In this document: piece after piece, positions 33,490 to 44,828 of the stretch
Layout: each line of letters starts with the position of its first letter
Numbering within the stretch: the stretch's first letter is position 1
Virus record (IMG/VR): IMGVR_UViG_3300014059_000006
Location: 1 to 64,000 of that record
Strand: one strand, 5' to 3'
From: a virus
Taxonomy: Duplodnaviria > Caudoviricetes
DNA length: 64,000 nt
Made by a program: the position numbers and the translations under genes
The notes under the pieces: generated by a model
Seen by the model: only the letters and a program-made list of their open reading frames with translations
What the model was told of the DNA's origin: nothing
Database searches by the model: none

Positions 33490-36240
33490 ATGAAAATACT
33501 TTCTTCAATGGACTTGGTAAAGGGGAGAACCTCCGATGCCAAATATGCAACCGGTTTGATTCAACCGATTCAAATGTTAAAAAAAGAAGACAAGACGGAA
33601 GCGTGGGCAAAACGTTCTGTAGATTGGTTTGAACAACTGGGAATAAAACAATTAAAAAGTAAGTATGAACGGATTGTTAAAAATTATAAATTAGCAAGAG
33701 GTATAGTTGATAAAACAGATTATATTAAAAATACCGAAAACGAATATAATAATGTAATTTCTTCTTTACTGAGTGAAGGTGAAAATACAGATGCCCTATC
33801 GTTAGATAACTTCCCTATTATTACTAACGTAATAAATGTATTGATGGGAGAGTTTGCAAAAGCCCCTCAAAATATTTCTGTTGAGGCGGTCGATGCATTT
33901 ACACAAAATGAAAAATTAAATGCTAAATATGAAGAAGTTAAGACATACGCTACACAAAAGGCCAAAGCAAAACTTCTCAATGCATTAATTCAAGATGGAT
34001 ATCAAATAAAATCTCAAGAAGAGTATGCAGAAATAGAAAAACAAATAAACGAACAAGTAAAGTCTCTTCCTGAAATACAAGAAACCTATCGTAAAAATTA
34101 CAGAACTTCTGTAGAACAATGGGCACAACATCAGTTAAAAATAGATGAGTCACGTTTTGATATGTATGAATTAGAACAACAAGCATTCTATGACTACTTA
34201 GTAACTGACTCTGAATATTGGCATATAGATTTAAGAGAAGATGATTATAAAGTGAGTATATGGCCACCAGATAAAACTTTTTGTTTAAAATCACCACAGA
34301 CAAAATATGTTTCAGAAAGCGATTGTGTAGGAACTGTTTGGATGATGACCATTTCTGATGTTATAGATTCCTTTGGGTATCTGATGACAGAAGAACAAAT
34401 CCTATCTTTAGAACGTATCTTGGTAAACACGGGAACACTAATGCCATTACAAGCTGGTTCTCAAAATACAGACTATTACGATACTTCTCGTCCTTATTCG
34501 GACCAAACTCCAAACTCTGTTAATCTTCATAAATTATTAGCTTCTGACCCAGAAGGGTATCTATCACGAAATCAATCATTTTTTGAATGGATTAACACTG
34601 GGGTAACTTCTTCTCCCTTTGACAAGGGAATGGTGAGAGTGACACAATTATATTGGAAGTCACAACGAAGAGTTGCTAAATTAACAGAAGTACTTGAAGA
34701 TGGAACATTAGAAACAAGTATTGTAACAGAAGAATATGAAGTAACACAAGAACCGGTTTATGACCTTTCTTATATAAAAGAAAAAAATGCAGAGTCATTG
34801 ATTTTCGGACAACATTTAGAATGGTTCTGGATTAATCAAGTGTACGGTTGTAAGAAAATAAATCATGCGTTATATTCTAATTATGGTTCTTCTAATAATG
34901 CTCATCAACCAATCTATTTAGATTTGGGCCCAATAAAATTTCAATTCAAAGGTGAAGGAAATCTATGGGGAAATAAAATTCCTGTGGAAGGGATTACATG
35001 TACAGATGTTCGTTTAAATAAACCATTCTCTCCAGTTGATTTGATGAAACCATATCAGATTATTCATAATCTTGTAAACAATCAAATCAAAGATTTACTT
35101 ATTGACGAGATAGGAACTGTTATATTATTAGACCAAAACTATCTACCCACCTCTTCTATGGGAGAAGATTGGGGACAAAACAATTTAAGTAAGGCTTATG
35201 TTGCCATGAAGAATTTCCAAATGCTTCCTGTGGATTCCACAATGGCTAACTTAGGAGATAGAAATAGTTTTAGTCATTTTCAACAATTAAATCTAGAACA
35301 AACTAATCGTTTTATTTCTAGATTGAAAATAGCAGAATGGTCTAAGTTTGAAGCATTCGCTGCTATAGGGATTTCTCCCCAACGTTTAGGTGCTGTTACT
35401 CCTTCTGAATCTGCTACAGGAACAAACGTAGCTCTTGAGAATTCTTATACACAAACCACTTCTTTATTGGTAAATCATTCTAATTTTATTATGCCTCGTG
35501 TAAAAAATATGATGATAGAGGCGGCACAGTTTTATAATTCATCTAAACCTTCTGTTCAATTACAATATACAACAGAAGATAACGAAAACATAATGTTTGA
35601 ATTGGATGGGTATAAACTTCTTCCACGTGATATAAATGTTAAAGCTAATTACAAACCTAATACTAAAGCAGTGTTAGAGCAAATGAAACGTCTTGTTATG
35701 GAAAATAATACAACCGGTGCTACCATTTATGATTTATTAAAAATTACAACATTGAATACACCTTCGGAAGTTATAGAAGCAGCTAAAGAATCTGTAGAAC
35801 AATTCCAAGCTCAAGAACAAATTAAACGTGACCACGAACAACAAATGTTAGATAAACAACTTAAAGCAACTGCTGAACAACGTGAAAAAGAAATTGCAAT
35901 GGAAAGAGAAGAAAATCAACTAGAACGAGAAAATAATCTTGACGAAGCTACGATTAAGGCATTAGGGTTTGCTAAAGATAACGATATAAATCAGGATGCT
36001 ATACCGGATGTATTAGAAATAGAAAAACTAAAAATGTCCGGAAATCAAATCCAACAAAAGTTAAATATAGAACGTGATAAATTAAATCAAAATGCGAATC
36101 AGAAGACAAGAGAGTACATGATGAAACAAAAAGAACTTCTATCTAATGAACTTATGAAAGATAAAGAATTAAGAGTGAGAAAAGAAATATCAGATAATAC
36201 ATTAAAAGTGGCTAAAGAAAATAAACCCACCAAGAAATAA
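33490..36240 (+). CDS. portal protein
   Basis: 916 aa after TerL; II...INVL.GE, GIS.QRLG motifs, C-terminal coiled coil. Confidence 0.88.
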   Translation: MKILSSMDLVKGRTSDAKYATGLIQPIQMLKKEDKTEAWAKRSVDWFEQLGIKQLKSKYERIVKNYKLARGIVDKTDYIKNTENEYNNVISSLLSEGENTDALSLDNFPIITNVINVLMGEFAKAPQNISVEAVDAFTQNEKLNAKYEEVKTYATQKAKAKLLNALIQDGYQIKSQEEYAEIEKQINEQVKSLPEIQETYRKNYRTSVEQWAQHQLKIDESRFDMYELEQQAFYDYLVTDSEYWHIDLREDDYKVSIWPPDKTFCLKSPQTKYVSESDCVGTVWMMTISDVIDSFGYLMTEEQILSLERILVNTGTLMPLQAGSQNTDYYDTSRPYSDQTPNSVNLHKLLASDPEGYLSRNQSFFEWINTGVTSSPFDKGMVRVTQLYWKSQRRVAKLTEVLEDGTLETSIVTEEYEVTQEPVYDLSYIKEKNAESLIFGQHLEWFWINQVYGCKKINHALYSNYGSSNNAHQPIYLDLGPIKFQFKGEGNLWGNKIPVEGITCTDVRLNKPFSPVDLMKPYQIIHNLVNNQIKDLLIDEIGTVILLDQNYLPTSSMGEDWGQNNLSKAYVAMKNFQMLPVDSTMANLGDRNSFSHFQQLNLEQTNRFISRLKIAEWSKFEAFAAIGISPQRLGAVTPSESATGTNVALENSYTQTTSLLVNHSNFIMPRVKNMMIEAAQFYNSSKPSVQLQYTTEDNENIMFELDGYKLLPRDINVKANYKPNTKAVLEQMKRLVMENNTTGATIYDLLKITTLNTPSEVIEAAKESVEQFQAQEQIKRDHEQQMLDKQLKATAEQREKEIAMEREENQLERENNLDEATIKALGFAKDNDINQDAIPDVLEIEKLKMSGNQIQQKLNIERDKLNQNANQKTREYMMKQKELLSNELMKDKELRVRKEISDNTLKVAKENKPTKK

Positions 36241-36346
36241 ACATCGTGTAATAACTATATATGACACTTTTTATAAATATTAATAAATAACATAGTAGTA
36301 AAATTAATTTTTTTTATTATTTTTCTATTGAACTAACAAACAAAAC

Positions 36347-37531
36347 ATGTCAAATAACGCTAATTTAAAACCTGTAGACGAATCCTTTGTGGATAGTTTC
36401 TTTGGAGGTATTCTTCCAGAGGACTCTTCCATTGTGTCTGCACCAGAAATAATCGAAGAACCTGAACAAGGTTTGGAGTCGGAAAAAGAACCGGCAGTTA
36501 AAAAATCAGTATTGAGTGCTGATGAAACATTTTCTCTAGTTGAACTTATTGAAGAAGAAATAGAAGAAACAACAGGAGAGCATCCTGTTACATTTAAAAA
36601 ATCACAACCTACATCTTCTGAAATTAATACACAAATAAATTCTCTTATTGAAGAAGGTGTGTTATTTGGTTTTGATGACGACAAATTTGAAGTGAAAACT
36701 ACAGAGGAACTTAAAGAACTTTTGGTAGCCAATAAAGAAGAATGGAAACGTCAAGTGTTAGAAGAAGAATATGAAAAAGATTTTGCAGGTCTTCCATACG
36801 AAATGCAATATGCTGTAGAGTATGTGAAAAAAGGAGGAACTGACATGAAAGCTTTATTTAAAGCATTAAGTGAAACCCAAGAAGTACAGACTCTTGACCC
36901 AGAAAAAAATCCAAAAGATGTTTCAAGAGCTTATCTAGAGGCTACAAACTTTGGGACAGAAGAAGAAATTACAGAACAAGTAGAAGAATGGGATGATTTA
37001 GGACTTTTAGAAAAGAAAGCTAAATCTTTCAAACCAAAATTAGATAAGATTGCAGAACAAAAAATCCAAGAAAAATTAAAAGAGCAGGACGAAATAAATG
37101 CTCAACAACAACAATTAGCTCAAAAATACTATTCGAGTATTCAAGAAACTCTTAAAGCTAAAAAAATAAATGACATCGAGTTAGATGCAAAAGAACAAGA
37201 GGCCGCGTACAAAGTACTTACAGAAAATATATACACTTCTACAAGAACTGGAGCGGCAACAAACTTTTTAGGAAAATTCTTAGAAGATATAACTTGGAAC
37301 AAACCTAATTACGAATTAATGGTGGAATTAGCATTATGGGCCAAAGACCCTAACGCCTTCAAAGAAAAATTAAAAAAGATTGGAAAAGAAGAAGGAGTGG
37401 CTGCCACTGAAAAATTGTTACGAACAAACAAACCAAATATTAAATCACAAGAACTTCCAGAAAGTACACCAAAAACCACAATAGGTAGAAATACTATTGG
37501 TAGAATGGGTTCTGGACTTTTAAAACGTTAA
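36347..37531 (+). CDS. acidic scaffold-like protein
   Basis: Very Glu-rich, between portal and MCP. Confidence 0.65.
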   Translation: MSNNANLKPVDESFVDSFFGGILPEDSSIVSAPEIIEEPEQGLESEKEPAVKKSVLSADETFSLVELIEEEIEETTGEHPVTFKKSQPTSSEINTQINSLIEEGVLFGFDDDKFEVKTTEELKELLVANKEEWKRQVLEEEYEKDFAGLPYEMQYAVEYVKKGGTDMKALFKALSETQEVQTLDPEKNPKDVSRAYLEATNFGTEEEITEQVEEWDDLGLLEKKAKSFKPKLDKIAEQKIQEKLKEQDEINAQQQQLAQKYYSSIQETLKAKKINDIELDAKEQEAAYKVLTENIYTSTRTGAATNFLGKFLEDITWNKPNYELMVELALWAKDPNAFKEKLKKIGKEEGVAATEKLLRTNKPNIKSQELPESTPKTTIGRNTIGRMGSGLLKR

Positions 37532-37559
37532 ACTTAAAAAAATAAATAAATAAATAATA

Positions 37560-39173
37560 ATGGCAACACCTGTATTAAACAATGGGATTTTTCTTAGAGA
37601 TATTAAGATTCCTTCATTGGGTTCGCACTTAGACAGTGCTCATTTACTCAACATGCAACAAGAGTCTGCGGACGACATGGGTATTATTGACCTTTGGGCA
37701 ATGAAGCAAAAGAAAGAAGCTCCATTGTATACAATGTCAAGTTTTGGCGGTAAGAATACAATCTTCACCGAAAACCAAAAATACACATGGAAAGTTCCGG
37801 TTCAAAGTACCCACCCTTATATCGTAGAAGATATAATTCCTGGGGAAATTAACAAACCTGGTTCAGGAGGAAAGACTTTCCAAATCAAACTTAATGACAA
37901 CATTTGTGGTCACGGTGCTATCATCACGTATGATAAGTATAACGGATTAGAAATGGTTGTTACTGAAGACCCTATTCTACCTGTAGTAGACGGGTACATT
38001 TACACTGTACGTCTGGTTAACAACAAAACTGGTCAGTACATTGACCGTAAGTATTTAACTGGTGGTACATTCATCTTCGTTAAGGGTTCTGTTCGTACTG
38101 AACATGACACCATGTTTAACGACCGTAAATTTGACGCTGGTGGATACCGTGAATTCTTCAACTATGTAGGTACTGCTCGTGCCAACTCTTCTTATACAGT
38201 TTCTGATAAGGCTGCTGTAATGGGAATGCCAGAAGAAATCACTGAGATTTACAAACTAAACGATACTTTGGACCCTAACGTTCAAACTATTGAAGACCTT
38301 GTAAAACTTAAAGGTAAAGCTTACATGAAAGACATGGCTAAAGAAGGTAAACTATCTTACGCTTGGTTGCGTAAATTAGATGGTGTACATGCTTCTGCTG
38401 TATTGAAAGACATTGAGAATTACTTAATGTGGGGACAAGGTGGATGGTTACGTGGTAACATGGGACCAAACGATGTTTACCTACCTGTTGGATTGTGGAA
38501 ACAATTGGATAATGGATATAAGGTTGTTTATACAAGAGAAACATTTACTTTCTCTATGTTTGAGAACCATATCTTCAACTTCTTCAACGGTAAGGTTGAC
38601 TTTGACGGACCTGATTCTTCACGTAAACTTATGGTTCAAACCGGTAAAGCTGGTATGAAACTTATCCATAATGCAATCATGAAAGAAGTTAATGGTTCTG
38701 GTATGTTACTTAATGCCACAGATGTTGGGGCATTGTCTGGTGACAGAATGAATCTTGAATGGGGATATAGCTATACTAAATTGAAAATTCCTTTCTTAGC
38801 GAATCTTGAATTTGTATACAATCCTGCATTTGATACTATCAATAACAACGATATTGAAAACCCAATGATTGAAGGATACCCTTCAAGTTCATATAGCTTT
38901 ATTGTATTTGATTACAATTATGAGCAAGGTTCTGACAATATTAAATTATTGAAATGGGCTCCTGGAAAAGACGTAGCTACTTCTGATATTAGATGGTGGC
39001 ACCAAAACGGAACTTTCGATTACTACGGTAAACGTTCAGGTTTCGCTTCTTCAGGAAATTTCTCTGGATACAAAGTGTTCTTTGAAATGAACTACCCTGC
39101 TATTTGGGTTCAAGACCCAACTAAGATTTTGAAATTCTCAATCAAGAACCCTAAAACAGGTTTCTCATTGTAA
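37560..39173 (+). CDS. major capsid protein
   Basis: 537 aa, biased high-expression codons, LMWG.GG and WV.DPT motifs, crAss synteny. Confidence 0.88.
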   Translation: MATPVLNNGIFLRDIKIPSLGSHLDSAHLLNMQQESADDMGIIDLWAMKQKKEAPLYTMSSFGGKNTIFTENQKYTWKVPVQSTHPYIVEDIIPGEINKPGSGGKTFQIKLNDNICGHGAIITYDKYNGLEMVVTEDPILPVVDGYIYTVRLVNNKTGQYIDRKYLTGGTFIFVKGSVRTEHDTMFNDRKFDAGGYREFFNYVGTARANSSYTVSDKAAVMGMPEEITEIYKLNDTLDPNVQTIEDLVKLKGKAYMKDMAKEGKLSYAWLRKLDGVHASAVLKDIENYLMWGQGGWLRGNMGPNDVYLPVGLWKQLDNGYKVVYTRETFTFSMFENHIFNFFNGKVDFDGPDSSRKLMVQTGKAGMKLIHNAIMKEVNGSGMLLNATDVGALSGDRMNLEWGYSYTKLKIPFLANLEFVYNPAFDTINNNDIENPMIEGYPSSSYSFIVFDYNYEQGSDNIKLLKWAPGKDVATSDIRWWHQNGTFDYYGKRSGFASSGNFSGYKVFFEMNYPAIWVQDPTKILKFSIKNPKTGFSL

Positions 39174-39187
39174 GAGAAAAATAATTA

Positions 39188-39227
39188 TACCTGTAGTGTG
39201 GAATTTCTGCACTACAGGTTATTTTTT
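39188..39227 (+). terminator. intrinsic terminator after MCP
   Basis: ACCTGTAGTG...CACTACAGGT + T-tract. Confidence 0.85.
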
Positions 39228-39252
39228 ACTTTATAAAACAAATAAATAAATA

Positions 39253-40077
39253 ATGGGAAAATTTAAATCTCGTACTCCAGACCCTTTTGCAAGAACTGCG
39301 GAAGACATGGGTATTGCAAAAATAGGACACGTAAATAACTTAGATAGACGTGTCACTACACTTGAATCAGGTATAGCTGAAAATGAATTCCTTGGTGTAA
39401 ATGGGACAGTTGCTGCTCCCGGTATTGCTATAGGTGCTGCCGATACAGGTTTATATAAAGTGTCTGCCACTCAAACAGGGTTTGCTCAGGATGGTGCATT
39501 AGTTGCTACTTTTGATACTTCAGGATTTACTGCAGATTCTGTAAGAGCTCGTGTAGCTTTGGGTACTACACCTGTAGCTACAGTGTCTATTGTGGAATAC
39601 TCTAATGGAAAAGATGTAACAACTGTTCTAACACTTACTGATTTTATCGTGGGTGCATTGGCAGGAGCTGCTGCAGCATTGGGTGTAGGTAATATTGTTT
39701 ATGCTTTTCCTGCTGGACAACATTTTGAATTAGTAAATGCTCTATCTGCTATTTCATTAAAATGTGCTGGTACAGCAAAAGCTACTGACACTGGTTTAGG
39801 TTCTGTAATTGCTTCAGGTGCTGTTGCAACATTAGACGGAACTGCTACATTTGAAGACCGTTTAACTGGTCAAACTATAACTACTGGTACAACTGGTGGT
39901 ACTGCCGTTTCTGCTTTAACTGCTACTACAGCAGGTATTGGAACAGGTATATCACTTAATGGTACATCAAGTGTAAAAAATGTATTTTTAAATTCTGCAG
40001 CCACATGGTCTGCTAATAATACTGGAAATTTAACTGCTTCAGGAACAATTGTTCTGAAGTGGACTAAAATGTCCTAA
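39253..40077 (+). CDS. virion structural protein (head decoration/fibre candidate)
   Basis: Ala/Gly/Thr-rich, directly after MCP. Confidence 0.65.
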   Translation: MGKFKSRTPDPFARTAEDMGIAKIGHVNNLDRRVTTLESGIAENEFLGVNGTVAAPGIAIGAADTGLYKVSATQTGFAQDGALVATFDTSGFTADSVRARVALGTTPVATVSIVEYSNGKDVTTVLTLTDFIVGALAGAAAALGVGNIVYAFPAGQHFELVNALSAISLKCAGTAKATDTGLGSVIASGAVATLDGTATFEDRLTGQTITTGTTGGTAVSALTATTAGIGTGISLNGTSSVKNVFLNSAATWSANNTGNLTASGTIVLKWTKMS

Positions 40078-40083
40078 AGGTAT

Positions 40084-40153
40084 TGCGGGATAGTTCTGGT
40101 GAACTAAGGGGACTCATTACCCTCTCAGGTCGGTTCGATTCCCACTCCCGCAA
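40084..40153 (+). tRNA. tRNA-Met(CAT), initiator-like, imperfect stems
   Basis: TGCGGGA/TCCCGCA-A; loop CTCATTA; GGTTCGATTCC. Confidence 0.65.
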
Positions 40154-40170
40154 CAAACAAACAACTAACG

Positions 40171-41160
40171 ATGACAACAATAACAAAACAAAACAAAATC
40201 TCTCCGCCTTCTTTAGATTTAACTAAAAAAGTTTCAATTAGACAGTATGTAGACCCTGAAGTATTTAACATGGGTATGGAAAAATACAACATGTCTGTAT
40301 TCTCAGGTGAAAATGGTTCCGGTGGAATTTATGAAAGTCTAGGGTATAAAGAAATAGGTAACAAAAAAATCTATTTGACAGGTTTGGACCCTCATGCGGA
40401 TTCAGTGAGAAGACTTCCTGATGATGAACGTGAGCAAAAAGAACTTGAAATTCGTGCAGTACTTGACCATTTAGAAAGAGTACATGATGCTGAAACACTT
40501 TCTTCTCAAAATTCAGACTTCTGGAGTACACATAGTTTGGAATTAAAAAAACCAACTTTTGATTTAAACTTGAAAGACGATAGAGACTTAATCATTTATT
40601 ATAATATTTTAGGTGGTGGGTATTCTGAAATTGCACCTTCTTTTCAAGTTGCGAAAGAATCAAATAAAATTTATAAGTTTTATTTACACGTAGATGCCGA
40701 AGTTTCTGATATCAAAACAGAAATTACCAAATTACGAAATAAATCAAGAGCTATCCTTGAGGAATTAGATGATGAAGATTTTGAAACAATGTTTAAATTA
40801 GCAAAACTTCTTCTTCCTATAGAAAAAGGATTGACAAGAAAAACTGCAAAATCTCTAATCTATTCTGAATTAGATGCATTCATTAACGGTGATTATTCAC
40901 AAAACGCCAAAAAAGAAGCACCTAAGCGATTCTTAGAATACGCACGTAAAGACAAGGCAACCTTGAATATGGAAGCAATCGTAAGAGAAGCTTTATATCA
41001 CCGTATCATAGAACAAAACAAAGAACAAATGTTCTGGAATGCTGGTACTCAAGTTACTTACGGACGTAACGAAAATGAAATAATCGCCTTCCTTAACAAC
41101 CCGATAAATAATGACGAACTCCTAATTATTATGGATAAAGTCACTAAGTATTGGAAATAA
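40171..41160 (+). CDS. conserved crAss-like capsid-module protein
   Basis: 329 aa; YLTGLD motif; synteny. Confidence 0.7.
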   Translation: MTTITKQNKISPPSLDLTKKVSIRQYVDPEVFNMGMEKYNMSVFSGENGSGGIYESLGYKEIGNKKIYLTGLDPHADSVRRLPDDEREQKELEIRAVLDHLERVHDAETLSSQNSDFWSTHSLELKKPTFDLNLKDDRDLIIYYNILGGGYSEIAPSFQVAKESNKIYKFYLHVDAEVSDIKTEITKLRNKSRAILEELDDEDFETMFKLAKLLLPIEKGLTRKTAKSLIYSELDAFINGDYSQNAKKEAPKRFLEYARKDKATLNMEAIVREALYHRIIEQNKEQMFWNAGTQVTYGRNENEIIAFLNNPINNDELLIIMDKVTKYWK

Positions 41161-41170
41161 CTAAACATTC

Positions 41171-41878
41171 ATGAACGTCTCTCTCATCTTAGTAAAAGTA
41201 AAAGCGCGTCTTAATAAAGTCGATAGTTCAGACTATGATAATATTGAGACACCTTTTATTATAGAAGCTTTTAACAAAGCCCAAAGAGATTGGTGTAGGC
41301 GACAGTTATATGGTGCAAACCAATATAAAGAATCTTCTGAACAAACTAAACACAAAGTAAGTGATTTACAATTACTCTTAACATCTGTTTCCTTACCGGG
41401 AACTAATTTAGGAAATGTTCCTTATTTTGAATCTAACACTGTTCCGTCTGACTTATTAAAGTTTGAAAAAGTTTCTGCAAAAGCAAAAACCAAACAATGT
41501 ACAAAAGGAAAAGTTATGGTGGTGAAGTTTATAGAAGAAGCTAATTCTGATGTTTGGTTACAAGATTGGGCATTGAAACCTTCGTTTGAATGGGGAACTA
41601 CATTTAATACAATCCTATCTAATAAAGTAAGGGTATATCACGGAAACGAGTTTGAAGTGGTTTCTCCAATTACTTTTACTTACTATCGTCAACCTAAAGA
41701 TATATCTGTAGATGGTATTGAAGATATTGATGGTGTACAACATGGGAATATCAATCCAGAGTTTTCGGACGATATTGTAGAATTACTTATTGACGAAACC
41801 GTTTCGATTTTGTCAGGAGACATAGAATCATTTAATGTTCATTCTATAACAGAAAAACGAAAAGAATACAATAATTAA
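41171..41878 (+). CDS. tail ring/adaptor protein
   Basis: LNK.DS.DY, FNKAQ, YYR.P..I motifs; synteny. Confidence 0.65.
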   Translation: MNVSLILVKVKARLNKVDSSDYDNIETPFIIEAFNKAQRDWCRRQLYGANQYKESSEQTKHKVSDLQLLLTSVSLPGTNLGNVPYFESNTVPSDLLKFEKVSAKAKTKQCTKGKVMVVKFIEEANSDVWLQDWALKPSFEWGTTFNTILSNKVRVYHGNEFEVVSPITFTYYRQPKDISVDGIEDIDGVQHGNINPEFSDDIVELLIDETVSILSGDIESFNVHSITEKRKEYNN

Positions 41879-41964
41879 AAAAATATTAAAAAAAAAATAA
41901 ATTTGTTTATTTCAAATAAAATCTCTATATTAAACTTGTAACTTTAATTTAAAAACACAAAAAA

Positions 41965-44052
41965 ATGGCTTATTTTTCACATGCTTTCCGCAAAGATTTC
42001 ATCGGTTTTGGTTCAGTAAGAACTACTGGAGATACTGACAATCTTGTGGCCGGACAACTTGGTTTGTTCGATGCAAAAACATTTAATGCTTTACCGGTTG
42101 TAACCAGTAATGCAAATCCTAAAAAAATGTTCATAATTGGACAAGGTTCTATGCACGACGTAGACGGGTTATCACCATATTACGCTGGTTTGAGCGAGTT
42201 CGTAAGGTCTCGTCCTATCAATCCTGCTTATATTGAAAAACTTTATGTAAACCTTCCTTCTCGTCCGGTTGCTGATGTTTGGACTATTGGTTATAATGGT
42301 GTATCTACATGTGACCCAATCGCGGGTGAGTGTGGTTCTAAATACACAATACGTGTGGATGTAAGAGGTGCTGCTGCACTTAGAACTTACAACCGTAACT
42401 TGTATCGTTATTTCACTTATGAAACTCCTTGTTGTGATGATTGTGATGTAGATTGCACTCCTGCAACTGCTGACCCATATCTAATGGCTAAGAGTTTTGT
42501 TGAACAAATCAACAACGACGTAGAATTACAAAAATTTGTACGTGCTGAATTAATCGTTGAAACTGCAATTTCTGATGCTAATCAGGTGACTTATGATAAA
42601 TTTGTTCTATCTGTATTAGACGAAGGAAACCCTGCCGCTCTAGCTGCTGTTAAAGCTGCTTTTGGTTCTTACGAAGTAGTTCGTGAGTCACGTTCTGGTA
42701 TTACTTCTGTATACTCGACAATCGTAGCTGACGGTGTTACACCTTCATCTTACACTCCTACTGCTCTAAGCCTTCCGACTGATGCATGTGGCGATTGTCC
42801 TACAGGTTGGACTACAGGTTTAGCAACTCGTGAAATCTTAGTATCTAAAGTGTTAATCACTGATACTGATGGTGATGGTGTGAATGAAATTACTCTTGAC
42901 GAAGCTTTAGCTCTTGCTCTAGGTTCTCAAGCAACTTCTACATCTGTTGCTTACGAATACCGTGCTGAAATCTTAACTTTACTTGCTGCTATTGATGCTG
43001 ATGTACAGTTAACTGATATTCAAATTACTCCTACTCAATACTCAGCTTTAGATGGTAATGTTGTAGTTATTAAATTAGCTATCACTGTAGAAGACGTAAA
43101 TGCTCCTACAACTCCTCATACTGAAACTGCAGACAGTATTGATATTGATGACTTACAAACTGCTGTTGAAGATGACTTGACAGACTTAGGTTCTACTACT
43201 TTATGTGAACCTCCTGCTGGTACAACAACTGCTTGGGTTGCTGATGGTTCTGTTTACAAAACAAAACGTCAATTATGTGCTACATTCCCTAAAGTTTGTG
43301 GAGCAGCAACTTCTGAATTAGCTGCTATCACTGCATACTTCTCTGGAGATGACACTATTTCTACAATTGCACAAGTAGCCGGTGATACCGATTGTGCGGA
43401 AGTAATATCTCTTTACCAATTGAGTAAAGATTATTACGAAGTAGGATGTGCTGAAAAACCAATCCCAACTTACGGTAATGCTCCATCTTATAATGGTGTA
43501 GTGTTTGCCGAGTGTGATTGTACAACTACAAGCCCTTATGTATCAGGAGCTGTTGGTATCCGTATCACTGCTGCCTACGAAGATACTAAATTTGGTAACT
43601 GTTCTTTCAATCCTAAAGATTACTACAATCTTCAACCTTTGAAATTAGAAGTTGCTAAAATAGACGATGCTGAATTATGTACTGACCAACATACCAAATG
43701 GAGTGTAACTCACTTAACATTTGCGAAACAAGGTAGTGGATTCGGTGAAACAGTGTTACGTGAGTACATGTTGTCTATGGGATACAAACAAGAAAACTTT
43801 ATCCAAGACCCACGTTTCCGTGAAGTTATGGACCAACAACACTTGAATGTAATCGATAGAAATGCGTTCTACAAAACTTATTACCTTCTACACTCAATAC
43901 CTAATAGTACTTTGAGAGGTATGAATGTTACTAACTATGACGAAAAGTATCTATTAGCGTTCCACTTCAAAGAAGATGTTGACACTAGTGCTTTCGAAAG
44001 CTTAATTACCGGGTACGCTGCATTGAATAATGTAGAATTAGAAACCTACTAA
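41965..44052 (+). CDS. abundant structural protein (auxiliary capsid protein candidate)
   Basis: 695 aa, MCP-like codon bias, followed by terminator 44078-44113. Confidence 0.7.
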   Translation: MAYFSHAFRKDFIGFGSVRTTGDTDNLVAGQLGLFDAKTFNALPVVTSNANPKKMFIIGQGSMHDVDGLSPYYAGLSEFVRSRPINPAYIEKLYVNLPSRPVADVWTIGYNGVSTCDPIAGECGSKYTIRVDVRGAAALRTYNRNLYRYFTYETPCCDDCDVDCTPATADPYLMAKSFVEQINNDVELQKFVRAELIVETAISDANQVTYDKFVLSVLDEGNPAALAAVKAAFGSYEVVRESRSGITSVYSTIVADGVTPSSYTPTALSLPTDACGDCPTGWTTGLATREILVSKVLITDTDGDGVNEITLDEALALALGSQATSTSVAYEYRAEILTLLAAIDADVQLTDIQITPTQYSALDGNVVVIKLAITVEDVNAPTTPHTETADSIDIDDLQTAVEDDLTDLGSTTLCEPPAGTTTAWVADGSVYKTKRQLCATFPKVCGAATSELAAITAYFSGDDTISTIAQVAGDTDCAEVISLYQLSKDYYEVGCAEKPIPTYGNAPSYNGVVFAECDCTTTSPYVSGAVGIRITAAYEDTKFGNCSFNPKDYYNLQPLKLEVAKIDDAELCTDQHTKWSVTHLTFAKQGSGFGETVLREYMLSMGYKQENFIQDPRFREVMDQQHLNVIDRNAFYKTYYLLHSIPNSTLRGMNVTNYDEKYLLAFHFKEDVDTSAFESLITGYAALNNVELETY

Positions 44053-44077
44053 TTAAACTGAAAATATTTTAACCCTA

Positions 44078-44113
44078 AATGCGGAGGAGAACGAAAAACT
44101 TCTCCGCATTTTT
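44078..44113 (+). terminator. intrinsic terminator
   Basis: AATGCGGAG...CTCCGCATTTTT. Confidence 0.8.
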
Positions 44114-44126
44114 ATTTTAAACTAAC

Positions 44127-44669
44127 ATGATAAGTAAACTAGCATTACAATTTTACGAAGACTATAATAGTACAACTTTAACTATTATTGACAGGTCTAT
44201 CTACAACGAAGATATAACTGTGGGGTGTGAACGTTTGTTAATCACTCTTCCGGGTTTTGTACATCCTATAACTGTTCCTATTTCATCCGGTTTTAATGAA
44301 GCACTCACCGCATATGATTTAAAACTTACAAATAGAAACAATTCAAACTTAATGAAACTTCCTGACGGACTATATATTATTAATTATTCAATATGTCCTA
44401 ATGATGAAGTTTATGTAGAATATAATTACTTACGTCAAACAGAAACATATAAGAAGTACTTTAAGAAATTATGTTCATTACAATTATTAGGTTGTGAGGA
44501 AAAGAAATCCACTGCAGAAATCATTAAAAAACTTCAGACAATAGATATGTATCTTCAAGCTGCGAAAGCTTACGTAGAAGAATGTGGAGCCCCTGTACGT
44601 GGATTAGAACTACATGCATATGCTAATAAGTTATTAGATAAGTTAAATATTGATTGTAATTGTAAATAA
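44127..44669 (+). CDS. tail hub-like structural protein
   Basis: LPDG.Y.I.YS..PN motif; synteny. Confidence 0.6.
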   Translation: MISKLALQFYEDYNSTTLTIIDRSIYNEDITVGCERLLITLPGFVHPITVPISSGFNEALTAYDLKLTNRNNSNLMKLPDGLYIINYSICPNDEVYVEYNYLRQTETYKKYFKKLCSLQLLGCEEKKSTAEIIKKLQTIDMYLQAAKAYVEECGAPVRGLELHAYANKLLDKLNIDCNCK

Positions 44670-44690
44670 AACATTAAAAATAAAACTGAT

Positions 44691-44828
44691 ATGATACTAA
44701 ATGGAAAAAATGTATGCGATGTGTGCAAATCCTGTTTTACATGTGGTACTCCTAAAAAAACATTGGTAAAAGGGAGTGTCATAAAAGAATTGTGTCCACG
44801 TTGTTATAATATAGAAAAAGATAAATAA
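44691..44828 (+). CDS. small Cys-rich protein
   Basis: 45 aa, CDVCKSC..CG...CPRC; TAATG overlap. Confidence 0.55.
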   Translation: MILNGKNVCDVCKSCFTCGTPKKTLVKGSVIKELCPRCYNIEKDK

